Positions 29,264 through 43,155 of a stretch of 64,000 nt of DNA are shown piece after piece. The DNA is from Thalia democratica (taxonomy: Eukaryota). The notes under the pieces are model-generated. The model made no database searches. It was not told where the DNA came from and worked only from the letters and a program-made list of their open reading frames with translations. Made by a program: the position numbers and the translations under genes. The stretch is taken from assembly GCA_965202585.1 (NCBI GenBank), contig OZ241827.1, positions 55,242,001 through 55,306,000 on the forward strand, given 5' to 3'. How positions within the stretch are numbered: the stretch's first letter is position 1; every line of letters starts with the position of its first letter.

Positions 29264-32200
29264 TGTTTTTAATTGATAACACAAATTAGGACATTTCAAG
29301 AACATTTTTTTTTACTTTTTAAATATCTATTTTAATCAACAGGTATGACGCACTTGTATCAAAGGTTTTTTAACAAAATTTTTCGTTAATTTAAAGGTCG
29401 GCAAACTTTTAAGTAAAAAAATATTTTGTATAAAAAATATCCTTCTTGGGTCGTAGCCGTTCAAATAAATTGTATCGTAGCAATCAAAAAGATTTATTTT
29501 CAACTACCAATGTGATAAAAACAGAACTAATAAAACACTTGTAACTACTAAACTAACAGTCTAATTGTAAGTTTTTCCACATATTTTCTATTGTTGTTAA
29601 TGAACTTATAAAATTTTTCCTTATGGAGTTTTTCATCAACATCGGTGCACATTTGCAGTTACGCACCGAATCAGTATAGTGAGTAATAACATGTACTTTC
29701 CTAACTTGTCACTAATTGGTGTTCAAAATTTCGTTTAACTTTTTGAATACTAGATAAACATAGTTGAAAAAAGGCAAATTAAGCAGAAAAATAAACTATA
29801 AAGGATAAAGATATTACATTCTTTTTTTTACATTTTTTTTTGGGTGGCACGCATGCGCCAGTGTCCCTCCCCACGCTACGCCCCTGCTTTACACTACTAA
29901 CAAAACAGATCTTTTTTTTTTCCTATGTCTAAAAACAGCTAAGGTTTGTATTGTAAAATATTAAATAAAAAAACGATACTGAAAGTAAATTAATAAAATA
30001 TCTAAACTTTTGTATAACATTTAATACCGAAAGATTTCAAAAGCCATGAAATTCCTCTTTCGTAAAAAATTTGAAGAATTTTATTACTACTTAATCGCTA
30101 ATAACCTATGTTCTATTTGGTCTCTTAAAACTAAAACTAGATATGGTAAATCTATTCTTTTAAAAAGATACGATTAGTGGTAATTTTTTTTCAAACATTT
30201 TTAATGTTTAACACTGTCATAGATAAAAAGTTTTGATATAAGTTTCAAAGTTTTCATATTTTTACTAAAGTGTTTTGTTATACGGTAGTATTGTTAGTTT
30301 TAATGCTGTAAATCATAACGAATATTTTTTAATTAAGTTAAAAAATTCCTAGTTAACAAAAAGTGAAAAACGCGTAAAAATTTTCAATAAGTTCAAATCA
30401 CATAAAAGATAGTAACTGCGAACAGAGTAAACCGAAAATAAACTAGTTTCTGTTCAGTAGAATCTCTAAAAACATATTTAAGTTTTTTTGTAAAACTGTT
30501 TTTTTTGTTTTGTAAAAACTTTCCATTTATTTTTATTTGTTTTTCAATTAACAAAATTAAAACTAAATTCTAAACATACAAAAACAACCCATGTCAAGCT
30601 TATTTACTGTTAAAAACTTTAAAAACCTATTTTGTATAAGCAAAGTTTTCTTGCACACAACCTTAAGTTGTTATCTATAAAAATTTAAAAACGAAAAAAT
30701 ACAAAGTTTATTATAAAACGTATGAAATGCCCTTTTTGAAATTTTTTTTATAAAACTTAGAAGTTGTGAAAACTACTTAAAAAACTTAACAATTGTAATT
30801 ATTCTGTATATTTGAAAACTCAAAGAAGGTTTTGAGGAACAGACGTTTAAAATGTAAGTATAGTTGTATTTATCAAAAACGTATGTTTGTTTGATAACAT
30901 TAAGTTTAACTAGTCTGTTTTATTTTTTAAAAATAGGTTGATGTAAAATATTTCCAGTCAATAGCATATATAAATTTAATATTTTTTCATAAATTTCAAT
31001 AACATAATAAATCAATATTTTAAAACTATGTAATTTTGACATAATAAAATAAATGTTTATTTTTTTAAAGTATCTTTCTATGTTAAATAGTTTTTTTCTA
31101 TAAGCCAACTTAGAGTTTGAAAAACTATATACATTATTTATTCTTTAATTGTACATCACACTACTAAAATATTAAAAAAATGTAGCTTTACTTAGCAATA
31201 TCGTTTTTTTGTAACAATTTAAACTATGAAAACTTTTTGATTTTCGTTTACTTTAGTAAGTGTTAGTATGGTTCGTTTACTTATAATTTATTGTCTATTA
31301 TGAACACATACCACGTTTAACAATGACGTATATATGCAAAGATAAAAAAAAATAGTGCGTAGGTGTTAAATATAGTATAAAATTTGTTCATAGTATATTT
31401 TTATTCGAAATAAAAGTAAACTTTTAATATTAATAAAACTAAACACATTTAGTAAAAAAAATCATACTTAAGCTTCGTTAAAAAAATTAGCAGTAGTTTT
31501 TTCACATAGAAATAAGAAATAGTTTTTATTAGACATTTTTTTTATAATTACTATAAAAGGATTTAACCTTATGTAGAATAATTTCGTTTCAGTTTAATTT
31601 AATATGTTATAAATAATATTATTAATTTGAAAAAAAAAGATGAGCGATAAAATATACGATCAAAGGTTGTTTTATTTAGTAAAACTAAATTTCATGCTCT
31701 ACCCAGTTTTTAGTTTCTAATAAGTAGGGTACTTATGATATAAATAAAAGTTTTTTAAGAAAAGACAATAATTATTAACTTAAAACAAGGTTAACTTTAT
31801 TAATATTTATACCAAAAAAAAACTTTCAAAAACATTAGCATCTAGTATTTAAAAGTAAATTACGAAGCTTTTTACTGGTGTACTTTTCAATGTCAGCTCT
31901 ATAAAGTATTAATAAATATAGTAACTTTTCTTATACAGAATTAATATGTTTTCTAAGGCAAATTGAAAGGCAATCTGTTTGAAATTTTTTTTAAAATTAA
32001 TTTTTAAATTGTTTTTAAAAAAAATTAGTAAGCTTTTAAGTTCTATTTAGGAAATTTATAAATATCTAACATATTAATTTTAATTCTTAAAAAAAGAAAT
32101 TGAATTTTAATTTTTTAATTAAGAACACTTTATTTAGTAGGTAAAACCCAAGTGAATACTGTAAATATTTACAAAATAACTTTTTCTTTAAAATTAAAAA

Positions 32201-32501
32201 AAAATTGACTATAAAATTTTGATATAAAAACTTTTTATGGACAAGCTTATCCTTGTAGCCACTGCTTGTTTTGTTTCTGTTTAGCTTTTTAGTAAGAAAC
32301 TAAAGACCGAGTTTACGACGAAGTATCTTAACTTATGGCTTTTTTTATTTTGTTGTACTCAAAAAAATACTGACTAACCCCAAATAAAAACCAAGATAGA
32401 AAGTTCAGCAAGCATCTATAAAATTTATCTACAAAGAAAAGAAAGTATACCAAGAATAAAAGCTATAACAGTCAAACAGATAAACATTTAAGTTTTTATA
32501 G

Positions 32502-35500
32502 GAAGAAATTGGAGGTTCTCGAAAGAAACAGCGCAGTAAAAAGCTATGTTCGAGACAGAATACTGTCCGGTTGTGTTCCTTGTCGGAAAACGGTGCAAAA
32601 TATAGAAAAAGACCCCCAATTTGAAACTAGATCAAAAGGTTCCGATTCTTCGGATAGCGATGACGAGAGTGAAACTGACATTCCTCGAAATGATTTGAGC
32701 TACAACATTGTTTATTCGGTTAATTCAAGTGTTTTTTAGGTTTTAGTTGATGTTAAAGTTTAGAGCTTCTGTGATTGTAACAAAATCGAACAATACTTTT
32801 ATGGCAACGAAAGTAAATGAAAAAAAATAATAATTTTTTTTAAAAATATAATTATAAAAAAGCTAAAGGTAGTCGTATACATATATTTGATTACGCTTGT
32901 ATTTTTTAGAACAATTAAAAGTTTTTCATAAAACATAAACGACCGTGTTTAAAATAAATAACAATTAGTTTTTATCTTTAAGTGTTTTTTTAAATCTTTA
33001 TTAAATAATAGTAGTTTCTGATATTTTTAGTTAGTAATGTTGCTGTTAAACTAGTAAAGTAATTTCAACAAAAAATATTAAAGTAGCCTAAACTTTTACC
33101 TTTTGCTATTAGATTTTTTTTAAATGTTATTTAAGTTTAGCAGCTTTCTAAAAAATGATTCAATTAAAGTTTAATTTGAAAATACAGTTTTAGAAGCGCA
33201 AATAAGTTAAGATGAATTTAGTATTTGTAACTGTAAAGTTCTTAGTTTAAGTTAAACAATGGTTACGGATAAGTTGGTAAATTTAAAAAGTTTATTCGAA
33301 AAGTTTTAAATAAACTAATACTATGAAAACAGGTGTTGAACTACCAGTTGAATTTGGCAAAACAGTTGCGCAGTTACTTGGTGAAAGCACTTACGAAATA
33401 TGGCCGAACCAGATTTTTACTGATATTGCCGAAACAGCAGATCATTACTTTCTCAACCTTCATAGTGTGGCATTTCCTTGTAGATTCTGGATTTTTCAAC
33501 ATTATACTCCCAGCAGCTTTCTTCGTATTTGTTTTTGCAACGATTACTAAATCCAGCTACAAAGCAATACACAGTGGGTTGACAATACTTTTATAGCTTC
33601 ATAACATAAAAAGTATACGCACGATGTTTTTAAAAAGGCCGGATTTTTGTTCTCACCGAAAGTGGTCACAAACAAAGTTGTTAATTAGCACGTTTATTAA
33701 CATTTCATTAAGCTCTTTACTGAGTATGTTGAGCATTATTTTATAGTCAATACAAATAGTTATATAGCTTCATAACGTTCAGTCCATCAAAACATTCTAC
33801 TTTTTTCAACAGACGAAGACAGGTTCAAACAGTTTGTCGAATGGTCGGACTCTTTGCAGGCCGTGGACCGTTTGATTAGCAACGAAAAAGCCGAAGAATT
33901 CTTCAAAGCAAAGCACGCGCCGATGATCAAGAACATTTTGTTCGGTGCAGCAGCAACATTGATAATGACCCCGCACTGCGCCAGCTTTCTGCCAGTGACG
34001 TTTCTGTGCGCAGCTTCGTTTGCTTTTTTCGCGTTCAGCTTGTGGTCTTTCGGAGATGTATCGAAACATCCTTTTTGTTTGTTTTGTCTGCTTTTGATGC
34101 TTGCCGAAAAGTATGCAGCACACTCCGGTTTACTTTTGTTCGAAATCTTTCAGCTTGACATGCATAATTTTTTCAATATAAACTTTACTACACATTCTCT
34201 GCTGCAGATAATTATTTGTGCGTTCTTACTTTTGTTTCCTTTTTTTAAAAACGACTTAGGTTTGCAGAAAATATTCAAAATGAGTGATGTAAAATGCGAC
34301 TTTGCTAAAATGTCTATTATATCTTTTTGGCTTCAAACGACTTTCATTATGGCTAAATATGTTCCAAGTTATTATTCCTTGGCTATTTCTACTTTTCAAA
34401 TTGCTTTGCTAATACTAATGTTTCCTTTAGCGTACGCTTGGTTTTTATTCAGTACCTTCAAATTTCTTTATTCTATCTTCGGCCTACAAAACGTTACTTT
34501 TATTATCTTGATTTTTTCCACTGCGCTTATACTGTTTAAATTTTCAACCTTTGTGCAAAAACACGTCGGGTCGGTTTTAAACAAAACCTCACCTCTGCCC
34601 TCGCATGTGGTTTTAGTTTTACTTTTAGCGCTGGCGGCCACTTTTACCACTCCCCTGATAAACAAATCAATAAAGACCGAAACGGCGCCGCAAGTCAGCA
34701 TTGAGCAGTTTTCTGAAAACTGTTTGAAAGATGAGCTGTCAGCCGCCGACCAACTGAACTGCCGACAGCTGAAAGGCTTCGTGGTCGAGTTCGAGGCTTC
34801 AGTTGAGTCTACTAGCATCTCAGCTGTTATAAACAAAGTAAGAGCTCATATTTTGTTTAATGTCTTATTAATATTAGTTTACGTGTTTTTGCTTAGTTTA
34901 AATCTTGAACTATTTTTTTTTTAATTTTATATTTTACAAATTTAATATTTTACTTTACAAATAGGCCTCAGTGTTTTAAGAGTAAATATTTTATTAAACA
35001 ATATGTTAGTTTTTTTTTTTTGTGTTTCTTATTACTTAAAGTTTAAAACTTTTCTTATCTTATCTTTTTAATTTTGTTTTGAATATAGTCAAAAATACAA
35101 ACGTTATAAATAAATTATTAACTCCAAAGCAATTAAACAAAATTCAGGCCGATGACGTCACCTCTGTATTGCCTTCGTCGATCGCCGATTTCGTCAACTG
35201 CGCGTTCGGAGACGCATACCCGATCGGCAACTGCTCTGAGAACCTGTCTGGTTTCGATGGAAGAGTGTGCAAGTCAGTTCCGATAATAAGAAGTGGCAGA
35301 AAATGCCACCTGGAAAGGTACAATCAGTACAAGTTTGGTTTGGGGTTCAAGATTGGTGATGGGGGTAGAATATTTGCAGAAGCTGGCGATAGTGTTAAGG
35401 TAAGGGATACTTCCAAGTACGGAACAAAAATAAAGTTTGAACTTTAATAAATGCAATTATAGCACTGCATTGTGCAATTTAAGTGAATATTCGTGTCGCA

Positions 35501-35816
35501 GTTTATAATTGAAGAATGTTGAAAAGTATCATTTACACCTTTGTTGAATAAGTTGGAATTGTTTCTTACTCAGCCGAAATAAAAGTTTTTGCACTTTGAA
35601 AAGCTATGCTGTTTTAGTGTAACAAAACATAAAGAACCTATAAACAGTAAGTTTAGCTTTTATAAATTTTACAGCATTGTTTTTTTTTTGTAGGAACTTG
35701 TTTTTTCTTTGAAAAAAGAAGACAGATTGATGTTGAAAGCAATTGTACGGCCTGACGGTAAAAGTTTAAAAGTTTTGAAAATGAAAAAAATCTACATGGA
35801 TGGTAATAAGAAATAA
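32502..35816 (+). CDS. WFS1: Divergent wolframin (WFS1-like) ER membrane protein; 5' end unresolved
   Basis: Phase-consistent exons 32502-32709, 33333-33573, 33813-34837, 35148-35399, 35694-35816. Segments match wolframin as recalled: VLNYQLNLAKQLRSYLV, ILPKQQII, NEKAEEFF, multiple TM helices, luminal QLNCRQLKGFVVEF, LPSSIADFVNCAFGDAYP, CHLERYNQYKF. A further exon probably lies near 32396-32445. Confidence 0.75.
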
Positions 35817-38530
35817 ATCAACTAACAACACGAGCTTTTTATTAGTAAAAGAAAATTTGAAAACTTTTATAAAATTATTCATGAAACAAAAGCAAAATAT
35901 ACTTACCATAAAACTTGATAACATCTAATTGTTCTTTTAAATGTTACAAGAATCTTAAGGAGTTTTGAGAAAATGAAAATTCTTTGATAAATTGCTATTT
36001 TTTATTTTGAACTTAAGCTTAAAAGGCTATATGTATGAAATTTTTCTTTTTAAAGTGTAAAAAAGGTATATATTTATCAAAAAAAACTCTTTATTTTTAC
36101 CATACATTATAAAATTAAGTATAAATAAAAATGTTGTACTAGTTACTAATGTACATAATTTTCTTATACTTTCGTTTAAAAATATATCTAATCAATTTAG
36201 TTAAAGTAAACTTTAGAACTTAAAAATCCTAATCATAACAAGAATAATTTAAAGAAAAGGAATAGTATATTATCGTAGAAAGGTTACTTGTATCTAGAAA
36301 CTAAAAAGAGCAAGCATAGTAAACTTTTAAGCTGAGTTGGCAAGGTACATATAGCTCCTAATTTATCGTCGCAAAATTTATTTCTAAAAATAAAATATAC
36401 ACAATACTGAAAATTTTGCTGTTCAAATGGACCTCAAAACTCTAGTTAAAAACTTTTGTTTGTTACTTAAAGTACACATTAATTGCTCTTATAGACATAT
36501 GTGTTTAAACATATTAGTAAACTTAAGTTATGTTCAAAACTTACTGACGCGTTTTGTAACTTTCTGTAGAGTGCTTAAATAAAACCGCGTACTGACACTT
36601 TTTCATTTTACAAAACAACATAAAAAAGCTTAAGTTTACCAAACAAGAATTATTTTAAAATTAATGTATAAAAGTTAACAGTTAATTTCGTTTAAAAAAA
36701 TGTTATACTTATCATATAACTTTAATTGTTGAGTTTTTCTGCAACCTAAATTTTATAAAGCCATATATTAATTAATTTATTATAGTTAACTAGACTTACT
36801 TAATTTCGTTAACTTTTTAAGTTTTAACAAAATATTATGCAAAAATGTTTAGATTTGCAATAGCATTAAAGTAACCGTATTAATTAAGTTACATATGTAT
36901 TTCTTAACAATTTGCTAGAAAACTTACAGAATTTTTTATGTAATAATATTTGTAAAATTTTAATCGAAATTACCTAAATCATATTTATTTTTTTTGATAT
37001 GGTTTCATAAACTTTCATTGTGTTTATTATGTATAAAACAGGTATATAAGTACAGTTGATAAAAGAAGCTTCAATTATTAAATTAATATTTTTAGCAAAC
37101 TTCTGTTGAACCACATCTTTAAAATAAGAACCATGTTATAAATTCAAAAACTTTTAATTAATGAAATATTTGATAACTGTTTAGATTTTAAAGAAACTCT
37201 TTTAAATCTAAACCGCACAAGTTAAAATAGTATTGCTAAAATCTGCATACCAAGATAGACTTTCCAAATACTAACTACTAATTACTAAAAAAATATGTTT
37301 CATGTTAAATCCTAAAATTTAGACTCTTATTTTATTATATACTAATGCTTTGGATTGCTTATTTTATCAAACTTTTAGTTTATTATCTTTATACTGATTA
37401 CTACATTTATTTCAAATAATTATGGTTCGCAAAAGACTTATCTCTTTAAAGTGCGGCCTGTGAGCAACTTTTTTTTAATTTCGCGCAACTTATAATAGTT
37501 TGCTGACCTGGTATAGAGTTTCCTTAGTTTTAGTTGGAATAACTTATACAAAAAAAATTTAGCGTTTGGTAAATGAAACAGTAGTACTATTAAGAAACTT
37601 AAAACTTATAAATCTAATATTTAGAGTTAAATGTTATGTTACATATACATCTAAAGAAACTAATTATAATTAAAGAAAATGTCTTCTAGTTAAAACTTTT
37701 TATACTTATTGCTAAAAATTCATAACAACTTCTTTTTGTTATTAAGTTTGTAAAAATATTTTAAAGTTTATACTAAATACCAAAAAATTTTCAGTACTAT
37801 TGTTTAATATGAAATACCCTTGGTCTTAGGTGAATCATTTTTAAACAGTTTTTACTGTTGTTAATTAAAATTCATAACATTTTATTAACTTTACTATTTT
37901 TTCGTATAAGAAAAAATTGTAAACATTTTTACTAAATATACTTTTAGTACTTGAAATAAAACATGTATAAAATTATGTACTACTATAATGAACTTAAAAA
38001 GTTTTCCAAAACATTCATAAGTTCTTTTGTACAGAAAAGCCTAACAAAATTAACATGCATAAAAATAAAAATTGAAATATATATATATATAGTAACATAA
38101 ATACAGGTAAATTTTTACGAGTTGTAAAATAAGCAATATCAGTATTAGTAAAACTACTACGGCAACAAAAACTAAAGGCTGAAAACATGCATAAAATCAC
38201 AGAGTTAAAGCTTAGGTGTGAAGATTTTTATGAAAAACCTCTAAAACATGATTAGTATCTTTAAAGTTATTGTAAATGCAACATCATATTTAAGTTTTGA
38301 ATGTAAGTAAAAAAAATTAAAACATTTAAAATTTGGTACAGAAAAACACTTTGATGGATAGTAGACTTATAACTAACGTAATAATAAAAGAGTAAATAAC
38401 AAAACACTATATCGAAAACTTATTATTTAAACTTTAAAAATTAGTTCAAATTTAAATTAACTCTTAAACTAGACTAACCAGACTTAAAACTGAACCTGAT
38501 TGAGCAACTTAATGTTATTTTGTTCCAACT

Positions 38531-41500
38531 TTACTTCTTCTTCCTCGCCTCCCCTACCGCCTTGACCAAATCAATGATCAGCATCCTGTCAAGGACCTTG
38601 GACGCGGTGATCAAGCCCCCGAAAGCCGCCCCGATGAACCCGCAAGTGAACACGTCCTGACCGGTCAGGTACAAGTTCCTGATGTTGGTGTCAGGTCTCG
38701 TTTCCATGGCCTCGACCAGGTCGAACCTGTCCCTGGTGTGGTCCAGACCGTATATCTCCCCCTTTGTGCTGTTTATGTAGTAATCGTGGGTCAACGGCGA
38801 GCCCGCTTCCATGTGCACCACTTTGTTTTCAAGCTGGGGGAAGTTTTTGACCACCTGCCGCCACGCCTGCTCAGCAATGGTGTTTTTGAGCTCGTCGTAG
38901 GTGATTCCCCTGCGCTGACACTGGTCATCTTTCCAATCAGACCACCACTCGTACTTGCTGAAGGTCACTATGGCGCACGTGGACTTGCCCGGGTACCTCT
39001 CCTGCCACGTGGGGTCTTTCGCAGAGGGAAAGGAAGCAAATAATAAGGGGATTTCCCTGTTAGCTGCATCCTCCCTTTCAAGGGCCAGATACTCGTCCAT
39101 GTCCTTCTCCTGGTCGTACGAGCTGAACACCCAATAGTTCTTGGCGACCAGCCCAAGCTCCTCGGCGGTGCCCTCCAACCCGACAAAGACCTGGAAGCAG
39201 GCGTGACCCACCTTCTTGCCCTCTAACTGGTCCAGCAGCCCGTAGGATTTGGCCACTCGCGGTGCCAGCAAGCTCTTGAAAGTGTTCATTGCCCCTGCGT
39301 TGCTAATGACAACAGGCGCCCTTATCTCCATGCCGTCGAACTTGGCCACCCTGACCCCAAAAACTTCCCCGTCCTCCACAAGCACCTTGTCCACCTTCAC
39401 TCCGGCCAGCACCGCCCCTCCGCCCTCCTCGACCACCGGGATCATGTGGTAGGCGATCTCGCTCGCCCCGCCCACCGGGTAAAAACCCCCCGTCCTGAGA
39501 AAGTGGTTGAATAGCATGGCGTGCATGACGAAGGAGGTGTGCGAGGGCGGGGTGCCGTAGTCGCCGAAGCAGTACGACAAAACTGCCTTCAGCTTCTTGT
39601 CGGTGGTTATGTCGTCCAAAACTTCTTTCAGGCTCACGCTGGACAGTTTCAAGTACTCGCCGAATATGAGCTTGTGCAGGTTCAACTTGACCATGAGCCG
39701 CATGAGCCACAGCGGGAGGACCTTTGAAGAAAAAAGCAAAGTAAACAACAATTAAATACGATTTTACATATTACTCCTTGTATTTAAGTAACTAAACATT
39801 TAATAATTTTAGAACAAATTATAAATTTTCATATGTGCTCATTCTACTCGAATAATTAAATTACAAAAAGACACACCACAACAACCTGGTGGTAAAACAA
39901 AAATACTGAAAACTGCAGTTCAGCGAACAACAAATTCACCTTGACTATCATGTAAGCCGCTCCTGCCGCCTTGGCCTTCTGCATCAGCGCGAAAAACCTG
40001 TCGATCCCTTCGCCCTCGCTCGGAAACTGCCCCTTCAGCTTCCCCCTGTACTCTTCCTTTCCCTTGCACACTCCGTACCGCTTCGTCCCCGCCTCGCCCT
40101 CGTCAAACACCGCGTGGTCGTACTCGCCCTCTATGGGCTGCCACTGGAGGCGCCCGTCGGTGAGGTAGTCGACGAAGACGCGGTTCATGCTGTTGGCCTC
40201 CATGTTGCCGATGTAGTGGATGCCCACGTCGAACTCGAACCCCTTGTTCTCGTACGCGTGCGTGCACCCTCCTGCGGATATTTTTTTGATGAATGTAAAC
40301 ATTGACAAGGTCTGACTTTTTCTATACGTTGGTCGTACGGGAGCACTCTAGTACTACTCCTTGTAATTTGATGAAAAGTTGTTATGGTTATATTTAAAAA
40401 TATCTTTTTTAAGTTTTTAAAAATTTATGGACACCAGAAAAAACTTTTACAAACCCTCCTGTTGGAGTTGTTTTAATTTTATTTTTATATGATAATAAGA
40501 TTTGATTTTGTTATCATACTTAGCTTTTTACTCAGTAAAATTAGCTATATTTTTAAGTCAAAATTTTAAAACTTTAAATGGAAACACTGTCAACTTTGTA
40601 AGCTTGTTTGCACATTCAAGGTGAGCTTTGCCAACCCACTTCAAAGCTAGTGAAAGTCCTTTTTAGACACTGATGCCTGGTAAATTGAAATGAGTTTGTA
40701 TTTATGGTTTTAGCTGTTTTTATTTGTACCGTTGTTCTGGTTACAAATAGAACTTACATTTCGAAAAAAAAGGTGAAAAATAATAACTGGCAATTGGTGT
40801 CATGTCAATTCAACATAGAAAAATAGTTAATTTTCAGTATGATGGGTAATATATTAAATTAAACTGTTACTATTATATTTTACAACATCTTATAAAATAA
40901 AAATAATGAATTGTTTACATATAAGTTTTTCCATTAATAAAAACATGCTTTTTTAAAATATATATGTGTATATTTATAAAAACCTACTCAATCTATTTAG
41001 TAGAATTTAATGAAGTTATAAAATAAACGTCACCAAATCCATAAAACACACACTTTTTTACTTTTTCAGATAGTTTTAAATGACGTATTTATCTGAAACA
41101 GCCTAAACAACGAACAATTTTAACTCAAGTTTCGATGATAATTTTTTTTTAAATAAGTTCTTCTTACTTTATGAAAGCTTAATATTTAATGTCTACTTAA
41201 CATTTGCAAGCTGTTACAAAACAAAAATATTTAAGTATAAGATTAACTTGTCTCATTTTAAAATTTAAAATAAACTTATTTACTAAAATAAAAAACATAT
41301 ACTAAAAACATTTTAGAAAATTGCTACTTCAAGTCTTATAATTGTTATTAAAAACTTTTTTTTTAGTTTGAAAAATCTTGGACTACAAAAAATCAGAATA
41401 AATCTTGGACTACATTAAAATAAGATGTTTAAAAAGATTTACAAAAACTATTTAATACAAATTTCACTCTCTATTACCAATTCAACGCGATGTGGACTAT

Positions 41501-43155
41501 AAATAAATAAAAAACTAAACAAAAAAAACTGTGCATAAAAAACACCAAAAAAATCTTTAAAACTTATAAAAGCTTTAATTTTGAATACAGATAAAAAGTT
41601 TTCAAAATAGTATATGTATAGAGAAAGAAGTATATTTCTAATATTTTACTTTCAAAAATTTCAATATTGTGTACACGCTTAGCTTACATTAAACCTTTAG
41701 CGTTAATTATTTATATAAATAAGAAAAAAATTATTGTATGCATTACTCTTTAAAATGAAACTAGATTTTCAAAACAGAGTAATTTTTAAAGTATAAACAC
41801 AGTGCTTTGTTTTAACTAACACGTTTTGACATATTAGACCATTTTGTTTTGAAAATCTAGTTTACATTTTGAAGATCAAAATAACGTGTAACCTTCAGTG
41901 TGTATTGCATAACTTTCGAAATGTAAACTGTATTTCAAAACAAAGTGATGTAGATGTCAAAACGTGAACTTTTATAACAAAACAATATAACTAAGAATGC
42001 TTTAAAAATAATCTAAAGTTCATTTTGTTTTAAATTTCATAAAAATTAATATTTTATTGTAATTTTTAATAATTGATACTGACAAAACTTTTGTTGTTAA
42101 TAAAACAAATACTTCACCTTTGTTTGTAAAACTTATCAAAATGTTACATTTAGAGTGTACAATAAATGAGTTTTACTTTAAGATAATACTACAAGTCAAA
42201 AAAATTTTATTGGTAGTTAAGGAAAACTCTATCACAAAAGTTTTTTTATTTACAAAATTTCAAACTTTAACTTAAATTTTTCTTTTATAGACAAAGTAAA
42301 AATGTTGACTGCCAAATTAAAAGATAAACATTATAACTGAAAAACACCAATTTTAAAAAACCAGTTACAACAAAAATTATTGAATAAAACCAAAGAATAA
42401 ACAAACAGTTTATCAAAAAAAAATTTGCAAAAACTTTTAACTTCAATTTAAACTTTACTTTCATACACAAATTGTTAGCATAAACTTTAACTTGGTACAA
42501 ATGTTCAACTACTAAAGTTTTCAAATCACAAAACAAGTATTTTTAAGTACATATTGACACCAGATTCAACAAAAAACAATCAATCAATAAAAGTCATTGA
42601 CAAACATATTGCAACAAACATAATTGAAACTTAACAAAACAATCAATTTAGTATATCAAAGAAAAAAAAACATTTTATATTAATCTATATCATACTATTA
42701 AAAAAAAACTATACATCAAAACAACCAACCGAGTGTATCATGGTGAAAAAATTAATTATATTTTCATGTTATTTATACCTATATAAAATTAATTTTTCAT
42801 ATAACAAAACAAAAAACCAACCGAGTATATCATGCTGCTCCAATACCAACACCTTCTTTCCAGCCCTGGACATCAGCGCGGCGCAGGTCAGCCCACCCAT
42901 GCCGCTCCCGATCACTATGGCGTCCAGTTGCCTGGGAACCAGCTTGGGGTGGAACCGGCGCTTCAGACGCTCGTTCCTCTTTCTGCGGTCTTTTTCCAGA
43001 GGGCGCCAGCTAGCGGTCGGAGGTTTGAAGAACGATTTCCTCGTGATAAGGAGGAAGGCCTGGTGAACGAGGTAGGCCAGTATGAAGTACAACGAGCAGA
43101 GTTGGAGGTAGCAGAACATGCTCGTCCTGCTTTCTGTTCCGCCTTCAACTTCCAT
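38531..43155 (-). CDS. RETSAT: All-trans-retinol 13,14-reductase (retinol saturase)-like flavoprotein
   Basis: Phase-consistent exons 43155-42822, 40271-39940, 39721-38531 (618 aa). N-terminal hydrophobic anchor, FAD motif DAIVIGSGMGGLTCAALMSRAGKKVLVLEQH, FDVGIHYIG, FYPVGGASEIA, GEIYGLDH, LYLTGQDVFTCGFIGA. Confidence 0.92.

Noticed and set aside
29843-29886. GC-rich CAGGGGCGTAGC-type end on the minus strand upstream of the second protease
   Set aside because: Looks like a lone transposon terminus; no partner TIR or TSD found, so not called as an element or a promoter.
33323-33550. ORF MKTGVELPVEF... as the wolframin exon frame
   Set aside because: The overlapping frame from 33333 gives the wolframin-like sequence and correct splice phases.
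35400-35447. Read-through VRDTSKYGTKIKFEL* as the wolframin C-terminus
   Set aside because: A strong GTAAGG donor at 35400 and an in-phase exon at 35694-35816 give a better wolframin-like ending; retention cannot be excluded.
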